Shown piece by piece: positions 46,916 to 55,290 of a stretch of 64,000 nt of DNA. Position 1 is the first letter of the stretch, and the number at the start of each line of letters is the position of its first letter. The stretch spans positions 62,001 through 126,000 of IMG/VR virus record IMGVR_UViG_3300034072_000758; one strand, given 5' to 3'. The position numbers and the translations under genes were made by a program. Below the pieces are notes generated by a model that was not told where the DNA came from, ran no database searches, and saw only the letters and a program-made list of their open reading frames with translations.

Positions 46916-48115
46916 ATGGCCATTCGTGTCAAATCGGAACCACGTCCCGACTACAAGGCAAAGCTGGAAGAACAAGGCTTGACTTGGCACACAACGGAAA
47001 CAGGTGTTCCGTATTGGGATGAAACCGCTCATTGGGTCTTCACTTCCGATGAAATTGATCGCCTCGAACAGGCAACGAACGATGCCTACGCGATGGTTCT
47101 GGATGCTGTCGGTCACGTGATCGACAATAAGCTTCTTCAACTGTTTGGCTATGACGATCTGGCTATCAAGCTGATCGAAAAAAGCTGGAAGGACGAGAAG
47201 AACTTCACCATGTATGGTCGTTTCGATCTGGCCTATTCGAATGGTCAGATCAAGGTTCTTGAGTTCAACGGTAACACCCCAACCTCGTTGCTGGAAGCAT
47301 CGGTGAACCAATGGTTCTGGCTGGAAGAAATGTTCCCAGAAGGTGATCAATTCAACAGCATTCACGACCGTCTTGTCAATGTGATGCGTAAGATCAACTT
47401 CGCCCAGCGCTCCAAGGTTCGCAACGGCCACAATTACAACAGTGATCTTCACCTGACCTGTGTGGTTCCGAACGACGAAGATCAAGGCACGGTCGCTTAT
47501 TTCGAATCGGTCATCCGCGAAGCGGATGCCAATCCAAAATTCATTCCTATTACCGACATCACGGTCAAAGAAGAACACTATAATGGTGTCTCACAAGGTC
47601 AAGTGTTCATCGATCAGGACCGTCAACCCATCCAAACGCTTCTAGCGCTATACCCGTGGGAATGGCTACTGGCCGACGATTTCGGTACTAAGCTGGCTCA
47701 GGATGTTCTCGCCAACCGTGTATCCGTCATGGAACCGGCATGGAAGATGGTTGCCTCCAACAAGCGCCTTCTGGCTACGCTGTGGGAACTATATCCGTAT
47801 AACCCGCTCCTTCTTCCAACCTTCACTACCCCGGACGAACTGACCGGCGACTATGTGAAGAAGCCTATCTTCGGTCGTGAAGGTCAGAACGTTACCATCG
47901 TGGAAAATGGTAAGACTGCTGAGTCGTCCACTGGCTTCTACGACGACGATCCGTTCGTCTTCCAAGAGAAGACTGAACTTCTTCAAGCGGACGGCAACTT
48001 CGCAGTCATCGGTAGCTGGATCGTTGAAGGCGAATCGGCTGGGATGGGTATCCGCGAGTGTAACAAGCTGATCACCGACAATACCGCCCGCTTTGTTCCT
48101 CACAGGTTTGAATAA
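46916..48115 (+). CDS. Glutathionylspermidine synthase family ATP-grasp protein (YgiC/YjfC-like)
   Basis: YWDETAHW, YGRFDLAY, KVLEFNGNTPTSLLEAS, LYPWEW, EPAWKMVASNK, YVKKPIFGREG.NV, IGIRE...ITDNTARFVPH-type C-terminus. Confidence 0.92.
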   Translation: MAIRVKSEPRPDYKAKLEEQGLTWHTTETGVPYWDETAHWVFTSDEIDRLEQATNDAYAMVLDAVGHVIDNKLLQLFGYDDLAIKLIEKSWKDEKNFTMYGRFDLAYSNGQIKVLEFNGNTPTSLLEASVNQWFWLEEMFPEGDQFNSIHDRLVNVMRKINFAQRSKVRNGHNYNSDLHLTCVVPNDEDQGTVAYFESVIREADANPKFIPITDITVKEEHYNGVSQGQVFIDQDRQPIQTLLALYPWEWLLADDFGTKLAQDVLANRVSVMEPAWKMVASNKRLLATLWELYPYNPLLLPTFTTPDELTGDYVKKPIFGREGQNVTIVENGKTAESSTGFYDDDPFVFQEKTELLQADGNFAVIGSWIVEGESAGMGIRECNKLITDNTARFVPHRFE

Positions 48116-48377
48116 CATGACCAGCAAAACTGAGTACATTGTCATCGTTTCGGTCGATAGCGATGATAGTAGCGATTCCTTTGGGATCATCACTAAGAAA
48201 AACTACGACCTCTGGAACACTGGCGAGCTTGATGCTGAATCTGATCATGATGATTTGTTCGGCGTCAAAGTTGGTTCGCCCTACGTTACCAATGTGAACG
48301 GGTGGGCCAATGTTACCAAATTCCTCGAAGAAAATAATGGCGTGATCGCAAACGTCGAAGCCTGTATCGGTTATTAA
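48093..48377 (+). CDS. Hypothetical protein (probable start ATG 48118)
   Basis: Short acidic ORF directly after the Gsp synthase gene. Confidence 0.5.
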   Translation: MFLTGLNNMTSKTEYIVIVSVDSDDSSDSFGIITKKNYDLWNTGELDAESDHDDLFGVKVGSPYVTNVNGWANVTKFLEENNGVIANVEACIGY

Positions 48378-48498
48378 GGCAGTGGAAAGAAATGGCTTCC
48401 ATTTCCACTCGGACAGATTTTCCATTGGAAAACACTTTGGTTCTGGAAGTTGCTGTGGGTTTAGATAGACTTATCGCTGTCGAAGAAGCCAATCTATA

Positions 48499-48530
48499 AA
48501 AGAAAAGTCCGCTTCGGCGGACTTTTTTTA
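48499..48530 (+). terminator. Intrinsic terminator
   Basis: AAAAGTCCGC-TTCG-GCGGACTTTTTTT. Confidence 0.85.
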
Positions 48531-48625
48531 TTGTTTACCATATTATTTACATTGACAAAGTAAATTCAAACTATATTTTGTCATTATTCCGAAAGTTTCG
48601 GAACATCATCCAATGGAGAAAAAAC

Positions 48626-49468
48626 TTGAGTAAACGAATTTTTGGTCTGGCTGGCGCTGCCGTCCTCGTACTGGTCGCCCTCGGCTCCCTCGTATCGTGT
48701 GGTCAAACCGTTCAACCCGGCAATGTCGGCGTGAAGATCAAGACCCTCGGCCCATCGGCGGGTGTGGACAAGACACCTCTCACGTCTGGCTGGCACTTCA
48801 ATCTCCCCGGCGAACGCATCGTGGAATTTCCGTCGATCCAGCGCACCTACACCTATACCCGCGAAGTCGATGAACGCGGCGGCGAGAACGAAGAAATCAA
48901 TTTCTCGGACAACAACGCCCTGCCGATGACGGCGGATGTCCAGTTGGTCATGAAGATCAATCCGGCCAAGGCCCCGGCCATCTATACCAAGTATCGTCTG
49001 ACCTTCGACCAACTTTTCGAAGGCCCGATCCGCAATGACGTTCGTTCGGCGGTTGCTGCTGAAACCGAACTGGTCAGCGTCGAATATCTATACACTGGCG
49101 GTCGCCAACAAGTGATCCAACGTGCTCTGGCCCGCGTCAACAAGAAGTGGTCGCAAGAAGGCGTCGAAATCGGTCAACTCGACTGGATCGGCACCATTCG
49201 TTACCCACAAGTGATCCTCGACTCGATCCAAGCCAAGACCAAGGCCGACGCCGATGCCGCCGCCGCTCAGGCACAAGTCGCGGTCGCCAAGGCCCAAGCC
49301 GCTGCCAAGATCGAAGAAGCCCGTGGTCAGGCGGAATCGAACCGTCTGCTGGCCGAATCCATCGCCTCAACGCCCCAAGTCGTCCAACTCAAGGCCATCG
49401 AAAAGTGGGACGGTAAGCTCCCCGACACCGTGGCTGGTACGGCTATGCCGTTCGTCAACTTGAAGTAA
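48626..49468 (+). CDS. SPFH/band-7 (prohibitin-like) membrane lipoprotein
   Basis: Hydrophobic N-terminus with SC lipobox, VQPGNVGVKI, SPFH core, AQAQVAVAKAQAAAK coiled coil, IEKWDGKLP. TTG start after GGAGA. Confidence 0.85.
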   Translation: MSKRIFGLAGAAVLVLVALGSLVSCGQTVQPGNVGVKIKTLGPSAGVDKTPLTSGWHFNLPGERIVEFPSIQRTYTYTREVDERGGENEEINFSDNNALPMTADVQLVMKINPAKAPAIYTKYRLTFDQLFEGPIRNDVRSAVAAETELVSVEYLYTGGRQQVIQRALARVNKKWSQEGVEIGQLDWIGTIRYPQVILDSIQAKTKADADAAAAQAQVAVAKAQAAAKIEEARGQAESNRLLAESIASTPQVVQLKAIEKWDGKLPDTVAGTAMPFVNLK

Positions 49469-49487
49469 CCCTTCAAGACAATAAAAC

Positions 49488-49519
49488 GAAAAGGGAGCCA
49501 GTAATGGCTCCCTTTTTTG
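49488..49519 (+). terminator. Intrinsic terminator
   Basis: AAAAGGGAGCCA-GTAA-TGGCTCCCTTTTTT. Confidence 0.85.
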
Positions 49520-49527
49520 TTGATAGC

Positions 49528-49555
49528 TTGACAATATAAACTTTTGTGCTACACT
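49528..49555 (+). promoter_or_regulatory. sigma70-type promoter TTGACA-N16-TACACT
   Basis: Seen upstream of 49588. Confidence 0.65.
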
Positions 49556-49587
49556 CTCTATATATCGAATATATCAGGAGATAAAAT

Positions 49588-49875
49588 ATGTCCGACCTTC
49601 GTACCCTTTCTGTTACTGTTCAAGACCTCAAGCGCAAACTTGAGCAAGCCCAACAGGTGCGTTGGGATGCCGTTGTGGGGGCGGACATCAATGAAATGGA
49701 GCGACAGATCGCCATCCTGACCAATCAGCTTTTTGATGCCGTGGGCGATCTTCACGACTTCATCAAGGCTGAAACCGGCATTTCAGCCAATCAGTTTTAC
49801 AACAACTTCCATTCGTCCGGTTATGTGTCGCGCGGCGATGTCGAGCTTCCGAAGCGCATTCAAGCCCATATGTAA
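49588..49875 (+). CDS. Hypothetical protein (coiled coil)
   Basis: AGGAGA RBS and its own promoter. Confidence 0.7.
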   Translation: MSDLRTLSVTVQDLKRKLEQAQQVRWDAVVGADINEMERQIAILTNQLFDAVGDLHDFIKAETGISANQFYNNFHSSGYVSRGDVELPKRIQAHM

Positions 49876-49891
49876 GGAGCCGAAAGGTTCC

Positions 49892-50353
49892 TTATTTCCA
49901 TTGGGTCTTACGATAACGTTTCCAATTCTTGTGGTCGTGAACCGAGATAGGAAGATCGTCGTAGCTTGAAGGAAGAAAACGAGTGATGTGTTTGATGCGG
50001 TAATCATCAAACTCGTCTGTAGCCTCCATATAAGCCTTGTAGCGACGTTCCGCCAGTGTGCGAGGGTAGCGGTAGTAATGCCCGCCAGAACGTCTCCCCG
50101 TGCCGGATACAGGCCCTTGACGATAAACGTAAGGCTTGGATTTGCGGCGAATGATGTAGCGATTGGGGAGATTGTCGTAGACTTGCTTGACAACAGTGCG
50201 GTCGATGTATAGATCGAGATCGTCTCGCACGTTAATAAATTCACCATAGCGTCGGCCATAGCAAAAACGCGCCGCATCCGCGAGCGTATGGAACTGTGCC
50301 TTATCGACGTAAAGATGGTCGCGCCCATAGGACAGAAATTCAACTGTGAACAT
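49892..50353 (-). CDS. Hypothetical basic protein
   Basis: GGAG RBS; Arg/Tyr-rich C-terminal half. Confidence 0.6.
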   Translation of the reverse strand: MFTVEFLSYGRDHLYVDKAQFHTLADAARFCYGRRYGEFINVRDDLDLYIDRTVVKQVYDNLPNRYIIRRKSKPYVYRQGPVSGTGRRSGGHYYRYPRTLAERRYKAYMEATDEFDDYRIKHITRFLPSSYDDLPISVHDHKNWKRYRKTQWK

Positions 50354-50501
50354 TGTTAACTCCGTTAAGTGAAAATCACCTAACGAAATTCATAATCACG
50401 GCTCATGGCCAGACCTCCCATTGAAGTTTCCATAGAAACATATTTATAAGTTACCTGTCAATTAAATTGCCATTCCCCAATCTTTTTGTTAATGTATACG
50501 C

Positions 50502-51731
50502 ATGGAATTAGTATTCTCAGATCAGCCGTTTCCAAAGTCTATTCGCCAATCTATTTTCTTGGCAGGACCGTCGCCTCGTAACAATTGGGACGATAGTTGG
50601 CGTTATGAAGCGATCCGAATTTTGGAAGACCGTGGGTTTGACGGGACGGTGTTTATTCCCGTTCCGTTTGATAAATGGAATGAGCATTCTACGGATGAAG
50701 AGAAGATCACCGCAGCGCTGGTGAATGACAGCCCACCCTTCAATTATGATCATCAAATTTGGTGGGAACTCCAAGGCCGACGAATGGCCGATGTTATTCT
50801 GTTTTGGGTCGATAGAGACGTAAGCGCGGGAAGACTGGCGCTGACCACGAATATCGAGTTCGGCGAAGACCTGTCATCCGGTAAAATGATCTACGGTCGC
50901 CCAAAAGAAGCAAAGCATTGTCGCTACATGGATTTGCGGTATATGAACGCAACAGGACATCCGTTGACCGACGATCTTGGTGACCTGATCGAACAAGCGA
51001 TGTTTTATTCGTCGTCTCCGACCGGCAAGCGTCAAGATGCTCAACGTACTGGTGGCGAAGTTTACGTTCCGGTTATGATATGGGCCAGTCCTCAGTTTCA
51101 GTCTTGGTATAAGGCTCAACTTGCCGTGGGTAATCGACTGGAAGATGCTGATGTGAAATATGTTCACCACACGAGAAATCATGGTGATCTGTTCGCCTTT
51201 ATTATTCAAGTATCGGTCTACGTTGCTGCTGAGGATCGCATTAAAGACAACGAGTTCGTGTTCTCTCGTAAGGACATTAGTTCGATAATTCCGTATTATC
51301 AAACCAATACCGGCGAAACATTCGTCGTATTGGTGAAGGAGTTCCGTAGCCCGGTTCGAAATGCGTCTGGTTATGTCTATGAGTTAGCCGGTGGATCGAG
51401 CGTTGATCCAGTCGGTGCTAAAGAGAACGCCGCGCTCGAACTAAAGGAAGAACTTGGTATAACCATCGATGATCATGATCGTTTTGAATTTGTTTCGGAG
51501 CGACAACTATGTGCGACATTATGCTCGCACACTTCGTCGGTATACGCCATTCGGCTTGATTGGAAAGAGTACACATCCATCATTCAATCGGCTTATGAAA
51601 AGAAATCGTTTGGTATCCAAGATGACAGCGAGATTACTTACGCTGAAATAATCGAACTCAAGGATATTACTAAACTTGATCTCGACTATTCTATGCTTGG
51701 GATGATCTTAAGCTATTTTCACAACAAATAG
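50502..51731 (+). CDS. Nucleoside 2-deoxyribosyltransferase-like domain fused to a NUDIX domain
   Basis: SIFLAGP..R..WR..A...VFIP...QI.WE...ADVILFW...TTNIEFG; C-terminal FRSPVRN...YELAGGS...AALELKEELG. Confidence 0.75.
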   Translation: MELVFSDQPFPKSIRQSIFLAGPSPRNNWDDSWRYEAIRILEDRGFDGTVFIPVPFDKWNEHSTDEEKITAALVNDSPPFNYDHQIWWELQGRRMADVILFWVDRDVSAGRLALTTNIEFGEDLSSGKMIYGRPKEAKHCRYMDLRYMNATGHPLTDDLGDLIEQAMFYSSSPTGKRQDAQRTGGEVYVPVMIWASPQFQSWYKAQLAVGNRLEDADVKYVHHTRNHGDLFAFIIQVSVYVAAEDRIKDNEFVFSRKDISSIIPYYQTNTGETFVVLVKEFRSPVRNASGYVYELAGGSSVDPVGAKENAALELKEELGITIDDHDRFEFVSERQLCATLCSHTSSVYAIRLDWKEYTSIIQSAYEKKSFGIQDDSEITYAEIIELKDITKLDLDYSMLGMILSYFHNK

Positions 51732-51732
51732 G

Positions 51733-51760
51733 TTGACAGCCCCACAACATATGCTATGAT
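51733..51760 (+). promoter_or_regulatory. sigma70-type promoter TTGACA-N16-TATGAT
   Basis: Seen upstream of 51793. Confidence 0.7.
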
Positions 51761-51792
51761 CTCTGTATTGAATATCAATCAGGAGATAAAAT

Positions 51793-52119
51793 ATGTCGGT
51801 CGCAGATACCATTCTTCAACAACTCGGTGGCAAGCGCTTCGTGGCTATGACCGGAGCAAAGAATCTCGTTGGTGGCGACAACTATCTCCGGTTCGGTCTT
51901 CCCGGTAATGCTAAGGACGGCATCAATATGGTCAAGATCACGTTGAACGGCAATGATCTGTATGACGTGTCGTTCATGAAGATGCCTCGCCTGACCCAAA
52001 AGGCTTTGATGGCCGAAACCCTCCCGTCACCCAAGGTTGTCACTTCGTCGGAAGATGTGTTCTGTGACATGCTTCAAGAAGTCTTCACGCGCCATACCGG
52101 CCTCTATACCCGCTTATAA
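51793..52119 (+). CDS. Conserved hypothetical phage protein
   Basis: AGGAGA RBS; VADTILQQLGG..F.AMTGAK motif. Confidence 0.7.
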   Translation: MSVADTILQQLGGKRFVAMTGAKNLVGGDNYLRFGLPGNAKDGINMVKITLNGNDLYDVSFMKMPRLTQKALMAETLPSPKVVTSSEDVFCDMLQEVFTRHTGLYTRL

Positions 52120-52172
52120 TTCATTATAACCGTATATAACTAGCCTAAATATCTCAGATATTGAGGTGTAGT

Positions 52173-52877
52173 ATGAGAGTTGCGGTCGTTCTTACGGGCC
52201 ATATGCGGGATTGGCAAACGGTCTTCCCTAATTTTAAAGAGAAGGTGATCGACCGTTATTCCCCGGATATTTTTATCCATACATGGGATGATGTTGGATA
52301 CTGGATCAATAGCGGTACGGTAAGCGTACATCCTGAATCGCCTAAGTTGGATGTGACCGGGGTGACCACGGCATACAAGCCTAAGATGATCGCTGTCGAA
52401 GCTCAAAGCAAATACTCCGATATTTTTCAGGCCAGAGCCTCTAAGTTCGAGGTCGTGAAACATAAGCCTCAGAACATCGTTTCCATGTATTTCTCCCTTT
52501 ATAGTGGGGTGAACTTGGTTGAGAGATATTCTACTTTGTTTGGTGTGAAATACGATCTGGTCATTCGCTTACGCCCCGATATGATCCTACATCAGGATTT
52601 ACCTGATCTTTCCCCACACAAATTTTATACGATCTATCATCCGAGTGGATATGGTAAAGGAACTGGTGACATGTTCCACGCGGGTTCTCAGGAAAATATG
52701 TCGCGCTTCGCCAAAGCCGGTCAAATGCTAGAGGAAGTATATGCGGACGTGGGTGAGCTATGTCCGCACATAGTAGGTCAGGTGGTCATCCAGAAGCTTG
52801 GCTTGGATCATGAAGAACTACACATAGCCAAGACTTTACAGCATACACCCAGCGGACAGTATCAAGACTGGAAATAA
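52173..52877 (+). CDS. Putative glycosyltransferase-like protein
   Basis: VAVVLTGHMR, DIFIHTWD, YDLVIRLRPDM. CTAAATA at 52145-52151; GAGG RBS before ATG 52173. Confidence 0.5.
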   Translation: MRVAVVLTGHMRDWQTVFPNFKEKVIDRYSPDIFIHTWDDVGYWINSGTVSVHPESPKLDVTGVTTAYKPKMIAVEAQSKYSDIFQARASKFEVVKHKPQNIVSMYFSLYSGVNLVERYSTLFGVKYDLVIRLRPDMILHQDLPDLSPHKFYTIYHPSGYGKGTGDMFHAGSQENMSRFAKAGQMLEEVYADVGELCPHIVGQVVIQKLGLDHEELHIAKTLQHTPSGQYQDWK

Positions 52878-52923
52878 ATAAATTGCGTCTACGAACGCAT
52901 CCTGCTATTACTATCTCTTGTAT

Positions 52924-52995
52924 GGGCCGTTAGCTCAACGGTAGAGCGTCAAACTCATAATTTGGGGGTTACTGGTTCGAATCCAGTACGGCCTA
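52924..52995 (+). tRNA. tRNA with CAT anticodon, Ile2-like (or Met); CCA not encoded
   Basis: Full cloverleaf: GGGCCGT/ACGGCCT acceptor, GCTC/GAGC D-stem, loop CT-CAT-AA, TTCGAAT T-loop. C4-G69 and C5-G68 pairs are the known TilS determinants. Confidence 0.9.
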
Positions 52996-53009
52996 CAGCG
53001 GATAGTAAC

Positions 53010-53312
53010 ATGTTCCATTTCTCTCTTGGTGTCCGAAATCCTTTTCGATTGAAGAAATTCAACGAGACCTTGTTCCAAAAATATGGAAAATTGCCTATTA
53101 AAAACAAGGCTTGGGAAACTGAACTTAAGCTCGATACGGCAACCAAGATTTTTGACATTTATTTCGATTGGTCAATTAAGCAATCTCATGCGGGAATATA
53201 TTTTTCCGTATCAGTTCTTTGGCTCGATTTTAGTATCGAACTTTATGATATTCGACATTGGGATTATGACGCAGACCGTTGGGCGGACGATGATGCCAAA
53301 AGTCCTCAATAA
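53010..53312 (+). CDS. Hypothetical protein
   Basis: ORF-track 52962 start overlaps the tRNA; the ATG at 53010 is more plausible. Confidence 0.5.
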   Translation: MFHFSLGVRNPFRLKKFNETLFQKYGKLPIKNKAWETELKLDTATKIFDIYFDWSIKQSHAGIYFSVSVLWLDFSIELYDIRHWDYDADRWADDDAKSPQ

Positions 53313-53604
53313 ATACACTGACAAGGTTATCATCACTTCGGACGATGTTTATTGCGGTCGCCCTTCAAAGTGGGGTAATCCATTCGTTATTGGGAAAGAT
53401 GGTAGCCGTGATGATGTATGTGAAAAATTCGAAGATTGGTTCATCCAACAACGTCATTTATTGCGCGCCCTCCCCGAAATCCGTGGAAAGAACCTTATTT
53501 GTTTCTGTGCTCCCCAGCGCTGCCATTGTCATACGCTGATTAAATACGCGAACCTCCCACAGTACGAGTTCGATGAGTTGATGAGTGCTTTAGATGTTGC
53601 TTAG
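53293..53604 (+). CDS. DUF4326 domain protein
   Basis: VYCGRPSKWGNPF, LRGK-type EIRGKNLICFCAPQRCH. Confidence 0.85.
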   Translation: MPKVLNKYTDKVIITSDDVYCGRPSKWGNPFVIGKDGSRDDVCEKFEDWFIQQRHLLRALPEIRGKNLICFCAPQRCHCHTLIKYANLPQYEFDELMSALDVA

Positions 53605-54088
53605 TGATTACGCTGAATATCAAAAACTCAAGAATGCCTACGAAATATTATTTCGAGAACACACTGAAAGGGGTCAATATTATACATTTATATCGTTTGA
53701 TCTATGGTCTAAATCTAAAAAACGCAATAACGTGTCTTTAAAACTTGTTATAAAATTGTTTAGTTCTTTGCGGTATGAAAATAATACCGACGAAACAAAT
53801 AATGTTTGGCATGGTCAGAATACGGAGTACGGTTTTTCAATTTTGACTCATAACGTCGAATTTGTGTCAAAACCACCACCCCGTCCCATCGTTTCTTCAC
53901 ATATAACAAATGGTATATTAGGCATCATCGGAGATACTTGGACCGTTTCTTTCAGCGCCTATATTGTTAATAGCGTAATAAATTTGGGACACAGTGATGT
54001 TACAATTTATGACGAATGCGTTTTCGTATCTGGCGATTATGAAAAGTTCGAAAACGACCTGACACATTTGGTCGTGGCATTATCTTGA
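53594..54088 (+). CDS. Hypothetical protein
   Basis: 164-aa ORF overlapping the previous stop. Confidence 0.55.
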   Translation: MLLSDYAEYQKLKNAYEILFREHTERGQYYTFISFDLWSKSKKRNNVSLKLVIKLFSSLRYENNTDETNNVWHGQNTEYGFSILTHNVEFVSKPPPRPIVSSHITNGILGIIGDTWTVSFSAYIVNSVINLGHSDVTIYDECVFVSGDYEKFENDLTHLVVALS

Positions 54089-54142
54089 CAACTTGTCAAT
54101 ATATGATATGCTGATCCTCCATAAAATATTTTAGGAGATCGT

Positions 54143-54352
54143 ATGTCTGAGGATATGAAGGCACTTCTTAAAAACTTCTACCTCAATGACATGCTGTCAC
54201 TTAGGGTAGAGACGGAGTTTGTCATGAACAATTTTGAAATGTTTATGGCAGCGCTCAAGGATCATTACATCTTTCTGGTCAAGGAAGAAGGCGAGCGATC
54301 CTACTATCGCCTGACACCACAAGGCACAAAGCGCATCCACGAGATCATGTAA
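54143..54352 (+). CDS. Small hypothetical protein (possible winged helix)
   Basis: AGGAGA RBS; promoter TTGACA-N16-TATGCT at 54085-54112; YYRLTPQG motif. Confidence 0.65.
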   Translation: MSEDMKALLKNFYLNDMLSLRVETEFVMNNFEMFMAALKDHYIFLVKEEGERSYYRLTPQGTKRIHEIM

Positions 54353-54393
54353 AAAGAGGCGGGAACATTCCCGCCTTAGTTCTCCCGTCAACC

Positions 54394-54720
54394 TCAGCCA
54401 CGAGCGGCTTGAGGTTCCTCTTCGTCATCATCGACTTCAATGTCCGATGCGACGGTTCGATCCACGGTTTCGGTATTCGACCGCGAGATTTGTTCAGTGG
54501 TGATACGTTGGTTGAAAGCGGTGAGAGCGTTCAGATCGCTCTCTTGGTCGGGCTGTTCGCTGATGCTCGTGATCTCTTGGATTTTCTCGTCAATCTCTTC
54601 ATGGAGATTTTCAAGCGTTTCGTCCGAGAGATATTGGAGGGCGATGTCGGTGGAGTCGGTTTCGATGTCGGTCATTGAAGTTTCCTGAATGATCCCTGCC
54701 CGATGGTTAACGTACTCCAA
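54394..54720 (-). CDS. Acidic hypothetical protein (probable start 54675)
   Basis: Asp/Glu-rich ORF between terminator-like hairpins. Confidence 0.55.
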   Translation of the reverse strand: MEYVNHRAGIIQETSMTDIETDSTDIALQYLSDETLENLHEEIDEKIQEITSISEQPDQESDLNALTAFNQRITTEQISRSNTETVDRTVASDIEVDDDEEEPQAARG

Positions 54721-54805
54721 CCCGGTCGCCTGTCAAGCACCCAACAAAAAAGGCGAGGACTTATCCCCGCCTTTTCATTAACCAAGGGCTAATCCCGGTC
54801 GTGAG

Positions 54806-55108
54806 TTAGAGGCCCTTTACGACTGTTGCGTTCGCAAATTCTGCCGAAGCTGTGATAGCATTCTGGAAGAACGAAGCTGGCAGATTGTGGTCCGCACCGA
54901 ACTTAACAACAGTGTTGCTGATCTTGTTCAAAACAACTGGTTGAGCGGCATTGTTGATCAAAGTCACAACGCGGTCATACGAAGTTGTCAGGTTGCTGTC
55001 AACTGTCGCATTCGAGAAGTTAACAGTGTTAGCAACAGTTACGGTATAGAATGTCATACCGCCTAGAGTCGCCGAAGAAGCAGCGTGAGTATTATTTGGT
55101 AAAGCCAT
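54806..55108 (-). CDS. Small late structural protein candidate
   Basis: GGAGG RBS; late motifs at 55144-55150 and 55157-55163 (-); Ala/Thr/Asn/Val-rich. Confidence 0.65.
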   Translation of the reverse strand: MALPNNTHAASSATLGGMTFYTVTVANTVNFSNATVDSNLTTSYDRVVTLINNAAQPVVLNKISNTVVKFGADHNLPASFFQNAITASAEFANATVVKGL

Positions 55109-55222
55109 GTGGATACACCTCCCTATTTTGTTGTATCTAATAATATTTAGACGTTGTATTTATTCATTTTGTCCTGTTATTACGAAATAATAGATTTTTT
55201 GAAAAAAAGTTCAAATTAGCTA

Positions 55223-55251
55223 TTGCGTTCGAAAAAGAGTGCCACTATAGT
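55223..55251 (+). promoter_or_regulatory. sigma70-type promoter TTGCGT-N17-TATAGT with upstream A/T tract
   Basis: Directly upstream of the tRNA/hairpin array. Confidence 0.7.
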
Positions 55252-55256
55252 ATGTA

Positions 55257-55289
55257 TATCGGAAGGCGGTAACGCTTCTTCGATAGCTA
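55257..55289 (+). ncRNA. Degenerate minihelix-like hairpin 0 (GTAA loop, 3' GCTA)
   Basis: TATCGGAAGGCG-GTAA-CGCTTCTTCGATA: 12 pairs with one bulge, followed by GCTA instead of NCCA. Confidence 0.45.
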
Positions 55290-55290
55290 A

